This document shows, one piece after another, positions 22,364 to 31,800 of a DNA stretch of 64,000 nt. Numbering within the stretch: position 1 is the stretch's first letter; every line of letters starts with the position of its first letter. The notes under the pieces were generated by a model. It saw only the letters and a list, made by a program, of their open reading frames with translations. It had not been told where the DNA came from and searched no databases. The position numbers and the translations under genes were made by a program. The stretch is from positions 24,366,001 through 24,430,000 of the forward strand of contig CM106586.1 in the NCBI GenBank assembly GCA_048013815.1, read 5' to 3'. The DNA comes from Setoptus koraiensis (lineage: Eukaryota; Animalia; Arthropoda).

Positions 22364-23580
22364 AGTTTATATTGGATTTCAGATGTGATACGCCAAAAGA
22401 TATAACTGATGAGGGCGAGCTAGTTATTAGAGCAAACTATCCCACTGAGGTCACTATATTTGGCAGACATTTGACTGGCAATTTATCCGTTGCGCTAACA
22501 CCGCAAGCTGGCCTACCTCAAGATGATTGCACTCATAATGATCGCGTTAAATCTTTCCAATTATTTGTCAAGCCACATACAAGCTCGGTGGCCACTATTA
22601 TTGTTGATATGCCATCTCCAGGAGCCAAAGCTCAATTGTACTATCTTTGTTTGCGCGAATCTGCCGATACATCTCGCTGGAGCCACCAGGGACCGCATGC
22701 GTGGCTTCGGTTATACATTGAGGCCAAATTTTTGCCACTCTATATGCAAATAATATTGATAGCACTATTGTTGGCCTTATCTGGTCTATTTTCTGGATTG
22801 AATTTGGGTTTAATGGCTCTAGACAAGAATGAGCTTCAAGTTATAATATCATGCGGTTCGGAAACAGAGAAACGCTACGCTAGAGCCATCGAGCCAGTTA
22901 GACGTCGTGGCAATTATCTATTGTGCTCGCTACTATTCTCAAACGTTTTAGTTAATTCAACTATCGCCGTATTATTAGAAGATCTTACAAGCGGTTTAGT
23001 GGCCGTTTTCGTTTCAACTATATTTATTGTAATGTTTGGCGAGATATTACCACAAGCGTTCTGTTCTCGCCATGGATTGGCAGTGGGCGCAAAAACTGTA
23101 TTCTTAACCTATTTCTTCATGGTAGTCACTTGGCCATTGAGCTGGCCGGTGAGCTTTTGTTTAGATCTTGCATTAGGTGAGGAAATTGGTCGCGTTTATG
23201 ATAGAGAGAGACTAATGGAATTTATACGTGTAACACGCGAATACAATAATCTAGAAACTGACGAGGTCAACATAATATCTGGCGCGCTCAAACTAAAACG
23301 TATCAAAGTATCACAGTATACATTGAGTGATAATAGACGTAAGAGACGTCGCAAAGAAGCTCAAGTAAGAAAAGATTTCTCACAATTTAGCACCAATTTG
23401 GGCCAAGGTGATTCTGGTTTCAATGTCGTTACACCGCAATTATGTTTAGCTGCCTATCAATATTTAGCTACTACAGTAGAACCGTTCACTTATAAATACA
23501 TCAGCGATTCCATTCTAAAGCGGCTACTATCACAGAAAACAGTGGTCCATGTGGGAAAATTTATCTTTCGCAATCACTGA
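22364..23580 (+). pseudogene. CNNM: Partial CNNM duplicate lacking the N-terminus, CBS pair and most of CNBH; in-frame ORF to 23580
   Basis: 22364..23313 matches parent 6919..5971 and 23314..23539 matches 5558..5334 (reverse complement). No in-frame ATG before the internal Met of DMPSPG; upstream stop at 22321. Confidence 0.85.
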
Positions 23581-23658
23581 TAAAGACCTTAGCACGTCGA
23601 TTGAATTATCTCGTGTGTGTTGATTTATTCAAGAATGAGGGAATGTTCGTGGTTCAAG

Positions 23659-25533
23659 TCATTTGGATGAGGTGATAAGTCTTTCAGCTCGTTCAATGAT
23701 CAATCCCTTCCTAGTCATGGCAGGTTGATTCAATAGAGATTTCAATTTAGATGATAGTTGAGACAATCGTCTTTGCTTATCCACTTCGTCGCGCTTGCTT
23801 TGCTCCAAATTTTTGCCCTTGCTGATTCGTCTAAGATCATCATCGTCCAATTCGATGTCGCATTCAGCAGCTGCCTTTAAAAACCAATTCTTCTCCGATT
23901 TATCTTCTCGTATTCTATGATCAAGCTTATCACATTCTTGAGCCAATCTTACACGCTCTCTTATGATGTTCTTCAATGCAGTCTTAATTTGATAGTCGGC
24001 CAAATCTTTACCACCGTTTATACTATTGCACAGCCTTTTGTAGAATGGAATTTCCTTAGGTTCGCATAGAGTTAAACTTAAGCCCTTCTTGTCTATCCTA
24101 GCAGTCCTTCCGCTGCGATGTATGTAGGATTCGCAAGTCCGAGGGACCTGATAATGAACAACAAAATCTAGATCTTTTATATCTAGGCCTCGTGCAGCGA
24201 CATCCGATGCTATCATCACGGCAGAGGGCCTACTTCGAAACTTATCTAAAGCACTCAATCGCTTCTTTTGATCCATATCAGCGTGCAATGTCATCGTTTC
24301 TATTTGTAACCATTTCAACACGTTACTCAGTCTTCTAAGACAATCCTTACTGTTACAGAATATAAGTGTTCGCCCATGTTCACGGTTGTGCAATAAGAAG
24401 TAGTAGAGATAGAAATCTTTGTCTTGAATGGAACAATTGACTTTCAATTCTGTCAACTGATCAGCACTCGGTCGTCCATGCATACCATCTGACGAAGTCA
24501 AGTCTATCACACGAGTCGTGTTCTTGTCTATGCCCAGAAGCTTCATAAGTTGTTTCAACTTTCCAATTTTTGTCTGTTCTTCTATCTTCCTCGATTCATT
24601 ATTATGAGCTTTCTTGTTTTTGGTTACTGGTCTTAATTGGTTACAATTTATACCTTGCAATCGATCTGGCAATTCATGTAGAAAAGTCAATGTGGCTGAG
24701 TACAAATAAACGCGGCATAACGGTAAGGACATCCTCGAACGTAATACACTAGCTTCCTTGATGATGTCAATGATTTTGGACATCTCCTCAAAATGGCCCT
24801 TCTGTGTCATCCTATCCGCCTCATCTATCACTAGACTATTCACACTAGCGATACTGGCAAGATTAATATGTTCGCTGATATTTGATTGGATCATTTCGTA
24901 TAGTCGACCAGGGGTGGCAACGATAATCTCAGGATGTTGTGTGTTTAACTGTCTGAGTTGTTTGTCTTGATTCATACCTCCAATGAGACAACATGATTGT
25001 ATATTCGTGAACATGGTAATCTTGTTGATCTCTTCTCTAACTTGAGAAGCCAACTCTCTTGTTGGAACTAATATTAGAGCCTCGAGACCAGAGTGTGCAT
25101 TGTCTACTTCTGTTTCATCAAAATCACTATCATCATTATCAGTCTCAGACTCATCAGAATTGTTCGGTTCGTTATCCATAGGAACATTCCCTAAGTCTAC
25201 TACATCTGTCTCATCGACAAGCTCAAGATGTTCACCTGTATAGTCGAAGTCATTTTTTTGGTTATTATATTCGTTTATTTTGCGCTTTATTTCGGCTGAC
25301 CGAGTGTGCTTTGAGTCCAAAATTTGATTAACAATTGGTATTGCATAGGCCAGAGTCTTCCCGGATCCTGTCTTGGCTGCACCGAGGACGTGCTTTTCAT
25401 CTATCAACGAGGCTCTCAGAGTCTTTGCTTGAATCGGCATAGGTTTCTTAAGATTGTGCTCGGCTAATGATTTACGAATAGGTTCGGCCAGAGGCAAATC
25501 CGACCAACCCTTTATCTTGATTTTCGTACTCAT
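23659..25533 (-). CDS. DDX24: DEAD-box RNA helicase DDX24/Mak5, intronless, 624 aa
   Basis: GAAKTGSGKT, PTRELA, TPGRL, DEAD, SAT, YLYYFL...GRTLIFCNS, DVAARGLDI and YIHRSGRTAR. Confidence 0.93.
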   Translation of the reverse strand: MSTKIKIKGWSDLPLAEPIRKSLAEHNLKKPMPIQAKTLRASLIDEKHVLGAAKTGSGKTLAYAIPIVNQILDSKHTRSAEIKRKINEYNNQKNDFDYTGEHLELVDETDVVDLGNVPMDNEPNNSDESETDNDDSDFDETEVDNAHSGLEALILVPTRELASQVREEINKITMFTNIQSCCLIGGMNQDKQLRQLNTQHPEIIVATPGRLYEMIQSNISEHINLASIASVNSLVIDEADRMTQKGHFEEMSKIIDIIKEASVLRSRMSLPLCRVYLYSATLTFLHELPDRLQGINCNQLRPVTKNKKAHNNESRKIEEQTKIGKLKQLMKLLGIDKNTTRVIDLTSSDGMHGRPSADQLTELKVNCSIQDKDFYLYYFLLHNREHGRTLIFCNSKDCLRRLSNVLKWLQIETMTLHADMDQKKRLSALDKFRSRPSAVMIASDVAARGLDIKDLDFVVHYQVPRTCESYIHRSGRTARIDKKGLSLTLCEPKEIPFYKRLCNSINGGKDLADYQIKTALKNIIRERVRLAQECDKLDHRIREDKSEKNWFLKAAAECDIELDDDDLRRISKGKNLEQSKRDEVDKQRRLSQLSSKLKSLLNQPAMTRKGLIIERAERLITSSK

Positions 25534-26915
25534 GTTGTGAAGGATTAGTGGAGAAAAATTCTGGAAACTCCTTAATTTAAATACAATTAATTTTATCGGT
25601 TTTTAATGATGATACTAGAAACAATGCGGAGTATCAGACACGTGTATTAATTTTGAATTTCCCTCTAAAGATACTCCTGGGGCGAGCACAGCAATGCTGC
25701 TCCGGTTTAGTCGAAAACGACAAGCAAGCACACGTTATTTTCAGCGTTGTGCCATCAACTCTGTATAATAAAATATATAATGTTATTTAAATCTTACTTA
25801 TCGTTACCATAAAACCCTTGTTATTCATCTAAACTTGGTATGGATCGCACTAAAGCAAAGATCAAGAGATGGTCGGATTTGCCCCTGGCCGAACCTATTC
25901 GTAAATCATTAGCCGAGCACAATCTTAAGAAACCTATGCCGATTCAAGCAAAGACTCTGAGAGCCTCGTTGATAGATGAAAAGCACGTCCTCGGTGCAGC
26001 CAAGACAGGATCCGGGAAAACTCTGGCCTATGCAATACCAATTGTTAATCAAATTTTGGACTCAAAGCACACTCGGTCAGCCGAAATAAAGCGCAAAATA
26101 AACGAATATAATAACCAAAAAAATGACTTCGACTATACAGGTGAACATCTTGAGCTTGTCGATGAGACAGATGTAGTAGACTTAAGGAATGTTCCTATGG
26201 ATAACGAACCGAACAATTCTGATGAGTCTGAGACTGATAATGATGATAGTGATTTTGATGAAACAGAAGTAGACAATGCACACTCTGGTCTCGAGGCTCT
26301 AATATTAGTTCCAACAAGAGAGTTGGCTTCTCAAGTTAGAGAAGAGATCAACAAGATTACCATGTTCACGAATATACAATCATGTTGTCTCATTGGAGGT
26401 ATGAATCAAGACAAACAACTCAGACAGTTAAACACACAACATCCTGAGATTATCGTTGCCACCCCTGGTCGACTATACGAAATGATCCAATCAAATATCA
26501 GCGAACATATTAATCTTGCCAGTATCGCTAGTGTGAATAGTCTAGTGATAGATGAGGCGGATAAGATGACACAGAAGGGCCATTTTGAGGAGATGTCCAA
26601 AATCATTGACATCATCAAGGAAGCTAGTGTATTACGTTCGAGGATGTCCTTACCGTTATGCCGCGTTTATTTGTACTCAGCCACATTGACTTTTCTACAT
26701 GAATTGCCAGATCGATTGCAAGGTATAAATTGTAACCAATCAAGACCAGTAACCAAAAACAAGAAAGCTCATAATAATGAATCGAGGAAGATAGAAGAAC
26801 AGACAAAAATTGGAAAGTTGAAACAACTTATGAAGCTTCTGGGCATAGACAAGAACACGACTCGTGTGATAGACTTGACTTCGTCAGATGGTACGCATGG
26901 ACGACCGAGTGCTGA
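24461..26915. repeat. Palindrome: 1,046-bp arms (24461..25506 and 25870..26915) with a 363-bp spacer
   Basis: Arms are colinear without indels; 6 substitutions seen. Confidence 0.93.
25534..25839. promoter_or_regulatory. Putative bidirectional promoter between DDX24 and the DDX24-RPF1 chimera
   Basis: 306-bp AT-rich interval between two divergent ATGs. Position only; no motif established. Confidence 0.5.
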
Positions 26916-27771
26916 GCTTTCGGAAGACAATTTCCCGGATCAAGATACCAGTGTTGAATCAAGAGTCTACTCTTCTACCCGTAGTACAAATGACGAAGCT
27001 AAAGAGAAGAAACAACCGCGCACCATAGAGAACACACGTATCTACGATGAAACAATTGTTGCTTATGACGATAAAGAGACGGAATTTGATCTAGATCATG
27101 ATGAAATGGCTGATCACTTCAAATTAGATAAGAACCGCAATCCCAAAGTTCTCATTACCACTTCCGATAACCCTCATAGCCGTACCATTCAGTTGGCACG
27201 AGAGTTCAAACAGATTGTCCCACGTGGAGAGTTTAGGTTTAGAAACCGATCATCCATTCAAAAGATAATCCGCGGTTGCATAGAGAGAGGTTATACAGAT
27301 CTAATCGTGATCAACGAGAATCGTCGGGAGCCAAATGGCTTGCTCCTAGTTCATTTACCCAACGGACCTACCGCTAACTTTCGACTGTCATCGGTGAAAC
27401 TCACCGACCAATTGACGAACGCTGTAAAACCGCCCCCTTTTAATAGACCCGAAGTCATACTCAATAACTTCAACACGCGCCTTGGATATAGTGTCGGAAG
27501 AATGTTTTCTTGTTTGTTTCCAACTCTTCCCAGGATACAATATAGCACTGTTTGTACGTTTCACAATCAGAGAGACTACATATTTTTCCGTTACCACCGA
27601 TATAAAGTAGATGCGAAGCGCTCGAGGGTGGATCTGCAAGAATGCGGCCCCCAGTTTGCCTTGAAACTGATGTATTTACAAAAAGGAACGTTTGACCCTA
27701 AATACGGCGAATATGAGTGGATGCTTAAGAGGCACGAGATGCAGACATCGAGAAAACGCTTCTATATATAA
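25840..27771 (+). CDS. RPF1: Chimeric ORF: DDX24 N-terminal DEAD domain (aa 1-358) fused in frame to RPF1 with its Brix domain (aa 359-643)
   Basis: DDX24 identity ends at GRPSA (26915). Downstream: PRTIENTRIYDETIV, PKVLITTS, HLPNGPTANF, ILNNFNTRLG, TFHNQRDYIFFRYHRY, LQKGTFDPKYGEYEW and QTSRKRFYI, which are RPF1-type motifs. Confidence 0.88.
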   Translation: MDRTKAKIKRWSDLPLAEPIRKSLAEHNLKKPMPIQAKTLRASLIDEKHVLGAAKTGSGKTLAYAIPIVNQILDSKHTRSAEIKRKINEYNNQKNDFDYTGEHLELVDETDVVDLRNVPMDNEPNNSDESETDNDDSDFDETEVDNAHSGLEALILVPTRELASQVREEINKITMFTNIQSCCLIGGMNQDKQLRQLNTQHPEIIVATPGRLYEMIQSNISEHINLASIASVNSLVIDEADKMTQKGHFEEMSKIIDIIKEASVLRSRMSLPLCRVYLYSATLTFLHELPDRLQGINCNQSRPVTKNKKAHNNESRKIEEQTKIGKLKQLMKLLGIDKNTTRVIDLTSSDGTHGRPSAELSEDNFPDQDTSVESRVYSSTRSTNDEAKEKKQPRTIENTRIYDETIVAYDDKETEFDLDHDEMADHFKLDKNRNPKVLITTSDNPHSRTIQLAREFKQIVPRGEFRFRNRSSIQKIIRGCIERGYTDLIVINENRREPNGLLLVHLPNGPTANFRLSSVKLTDQLTNAVKPPPFNRPEVILNNFNTRLGYSVGRMFSCLFPTLPRIQYSTVCTFHNQRDYIFFRYHRYKVDAKRSRVDLQECGPQFALKLMYLQKGTFDPKYGEYEWMLKRHEMQTSRKRFYI

Positions 27772-28792
27772 ATAATATTTTCGTATAGTTAATACAGCCC
27801 CAGTCTTTAATCTTCTTCTATTAATTTACAAGACTTCTTGCAATAAGAGTCGTCTACTTTCACCGGTAGTATGTCTCCCCAGTCACAACTTTTGGCCACC
27901 TTGTACATGGCAGAGCCGTATCTTCTCTTGGTAATTATAGTCTCGGCCAAATGTCCGTTAGGACAACATAACTTGTGAATCATGTGCTTGGATCTTTTTT
28001 TTCGGGGTTCGACTATTCTAGGCCAGCGGGGCCTAGTTTCATCATAGTTATTATAGCTTGGATGGCATCCCTTTCTTAGGACGACATAAGAGAAATTTTC
28101 TTTATTTACCGTTCCTCTATTCATGCCTATTTCGAGGGGTTCATAATGAACATTGAAATTGCATCTGTCGAGAGATCCTTTACTTGGCATCTGTAATCTC
28201 GGACAAACAAACTCGTGCGGACATGGCGCAATTATATGGCAGCTTGGCATGTTGAAGCCCAGTTTAGGAGCTAGCTCACCTACAGCATTAAGTGTCTTTG
28301 CGACATTATGACCAGATATGTTTAAAATAAAATGTCGCGCCTCGGCAACACTTGTGAATCCATCCTTGTTACCTCGCTCAACAATAACTAATAAATCGTT
28401 AGTTTTGTGCCAAAGGTTTTCTATCACACTGATACGGTTTTCAACTGTCGGTAAGTCCAATAAGGAGAAAGCTGAGACAACTAGATCATACTTTACTGAA
28501 TGTGACGTGGGTAAATAGTTTTTAAAGAAAACGCCAGGTAAATTGTCTCCGGTCTCCTTTCCGCCTCTGAGCAAAAATTCAGCCAATTCGTGTTGACTCT
28601 GGGATATGTCAACATTCAAGAACTCATTGGTGGTGTTCAACCAAGTTTCGTTGACCGCCCACATAGTGGTACCCATCCCAGAACCGAAGTCGAGTACAGT
28701 CATAGGTTTGAATAGCGGATCTGCTGATTTTATTTCATCCAAAACTGTTTTGATCGCGGCGTAATTAGGCGCTAGTCTAGCGGCCATATACA
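26378..28792. repeat. Segment A', inverted copy of 16543..18956
   Basis: Reverse-complement match; junction to segment B at 28793-28794. Confidence 0.95.
27807..28787 (-). pseudogene. METTL17: 5'-truncated METTL17 copy (326-aa ORF from the native internal Met, MAARL)
   Basis: Matches residues 163-488 of 16062..17528 except T>K and ST>LI near the C-terminus. Lacks the presequence. Confidence 0.82.
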
Positions 28793-28794
28793 GC

Positions 28795-28840
28795 GGCCTT
28801 TCTATTGGCGGCCGGTATGATCTTCAAATACTCCAAATGA
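28795..28840 (+). pseudogene. ABCH: Orphan ABCH 3' stub ([14 protein letters not shown])
   Basis: Same translation as the ABCH C-terminus at 19310..19265; antisense to the Spaetzle stop region. Confidence 0.85.
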
Positions 28841-31800
28841 TCGACCGTCCGCTTTTGAGGGCAATGGCGTCGACGCAGGCTGACCAATCAATGCGGCTGC
28901 CGATTCAACTATGCACCTACAAACACAATTTGAGGGGAACAGGAACCAATCCATAAAGATGCCCTTGCAATTCTCCTCTGGGTCATAGGCCAGCATCCTG
29001 TGCCATTTGTATTTTTGTTCACAAGAACATTCACCATTGCACCTTGTTGTTGTTGTTTTCCTATTAATAATAATAATAATAAAGTAGAGCTCAGCGATTA
29101 AAACACAGTTAAAAGTAAAATCAGTCTGACAGTCACGATCGAAGGCGTCTTCCGGCGTGATATTGCTGGCTCTATATTCATTGAATTATGTATCCACGTG
29201 ACCATGATGATGATCACTTTCATGAGCTAGGTCACGAGCCAAACGAATCAGTGCACGATATTAAACAGCGATAAACAGCACTTCTCGTGTGCGTTTCAGG
29301 TTGATGCTGCTAAGTGATGTTGCCGCCAATTTGCGCTAAATGCTAATTGCACTTGTTATTGTTCTCGCTGGTAGACATGACTTCCTCTCTCTAGATATAT
29401 ATAGATGAGTGTATGTGCGAGAGAAACAATCGTGCACACGACGGTACCAAGTATTGGTAGTTAACATTATGGTCAGTGGATATATTCAATGTCATGTTCG
29501 AGTGCAAATGGCCAAAGAATCACCATAAAAAGAGAGCTCCACTTGACCACTCGTTGGTAATTATACCAAATGCAACAGTTTCAACTCAAAACAGCGAACA
29601 CGCCATCACCACCATCATCATTTGGAGAGTTTGCTTAAAAAACGACTCGTCTGGCATGCTCTCTCCAGTGTTTGTCAGTGTGCGGGTTTTCTCTGACCTC
29701 ACTCATATACGCTGCTCATCATCTTTGATTTGTTGTTGGTCGACACAACAACACTAACACCACTAAAGGGCGGTATTTGTTTAAAAATACGCACAACACA
29801 ACCAGAGTAAGTCACAGTGCAATAGTCGCTTCTATCTATAAGTATTTTCTATTAGCAATTAACTCTCTCATGTCTCATATATCATCGTGGCATCTCAACT
29901 ATATTTGAAACACTAATCAAGCCCACAAGAGTGAAGAGTCAAAAATAATAAACTCGCAATCCACTTTCACATATTATTATTTGTGGGGTCAATCATTTAC
30001 TTACTTGCATATCTCTTGTTGTATTGCCTGTTGCATATGTTGACTGTTCACAATTGCTCTAACATGCCCATGAGAGTTTGTTGCCCAATACGGAGTCACA
30101 ACTTCCAGGTGACTTTCGCACGAATCCACCCTGAAATGAACAAAAAAAGAAGGATACAACACACACATAATAGGCATTATATAGGTGGATCAACAACTTG
30201 TATTGATTGTTGGTGTAAAGCACAAAATTCGTGCAACATGCTGATATAATTAGACATTGCACATCAACAAACACACACACACACACTCGGTGTATCCGTA
30301 TTGTCGGTTGTTGCTGATGATGTGAGTGCATGGACACTATGGGCTGTTTCTTTTTTGGTACTTACCTGTGTGCAAACAAGTCCCTGGCACTGTTACTTAC
30401 AGCAGCACCGTTTGTCCTTGAAGATCTTTTACTTCGAACTTGACCGGTGCCACTTGTGACGACATCGTGATCTTCAATTGTTGTTGCATTCTTTGCTTTT
30501 GTTGAGATTTCACTTGTCGTTAGTTGTTTGTGCTGTTGATTTTGAGAAGCACCATTATCGGCATCCAATGTGAACTTTCTACCATGTTTGCTGTTCATTT
30601 GTTGTTGACTGGCGCTTAAATTGGTGCCATTTGAGGTTGCTTGTGACGCCGACGTAACTATTCTCTTCCGAAATGGCTCCGATTTGCGCTTCCTTGCCAT
30701 TTGACCAGTTGACAACAATGATCCAGTTTCAGGCTCGTTTGATGCCAGGTTATTGTTGCTTTCGCTTTTTTGATTGTGTTGACCGCTATAATTATCTCTA
30801 TAATGATTGTTTGTATGGTCATGCTGTGATGCATCTGTGGTTTTGACAGAACCGGCAACGTGATGATCATGCAAGTCTATGGCATAAGCATAGTTGGACA
30901 TTGGATAAAGGGTATTCCTATTGAGCACTAAGTCATCGTCGATTGGTTGCGGTGCCTCATTGCCGAACATACGCTTCATGAGGGCCTTATTTTCCTCAAT
31001 GAAATCATGAATATCGTCTCTTTGTGTGTGTAGCGAACATGTGTGGTTATGGAATAACGAAATTGACAAAGAAAGAGAAAGTAAACAACAATTATCATCC
31101 AATTACTAAAAACTGACAATTGAGACCGTTTTTCGGCTCGCACACTTCAAAGCGACCAAATAATAGATCAAAATGCAGGACATGACCACGATGAGGCTAC
31201 TATAGGTCACAAGTGACATAGGATAAGAATTGAAAATTGCTCTGATAACTAAATTATGTTGTTGATGCATCGCCAAATTGAATCGAGAAAATATTTTCTT
31301 CAACGCAGTTGTTGTTTCCATTGTTGTTGTTGAGTTGTATACTATACTTGTTGCATTGGTGAAGCTACAACAACGACAACAACAACAACAACAGCGACAA
31401 CAACACGTACAGAGAAAAATGCCAACTCAGAGGATGTGGAGACGGCTGAACTGGTTGTTGCTGGACTCAGCACCACGACCACAACCGCGACACTTGATAT
31501 CGGCGAAGCTCAAAAGAATTGGAGTGGTCATTTCTTTTCGGTTGTTTGCAACCTGCCACAACAAGTATAGTGCAGCAGTAGAAGTAGAGGTAATGGTAGT
31601 GGTGGCAGCGGAGCATAAATTGTTGTTGAAACAAGTAATTGCTGTTTTGATGGCAGCACTCCGCTATCAATTATTATCACGGGTGGTGGCCTAACTCACC
31701 ACTAATGATGTTTTGAGTCGATCAAACTAAACCAAACCAAACTAAACTAAATCAGAATACAAACTCACCTTTTAACTCTGTGTACAACAGTGGCCTCGTG

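Noticed and set aside
26916-27771. Calling the Brix domain IMP4
   Set aside because: PRTIENTRIYDETIV, QKGTFDPKYGEYEW and the TSRKRFYI end match the RPF1 pattern rather than IMP4.
16543-29142. Explaining the whole duplication cluster as simple haplotype duplication in the assembly
   Set aside because: The copies are inverted and interleaved, with novel junctions, a filler sequence, a nonsense mutation and about 5% divergence in B. An amplification chimera is less likely but not excluded without reads.
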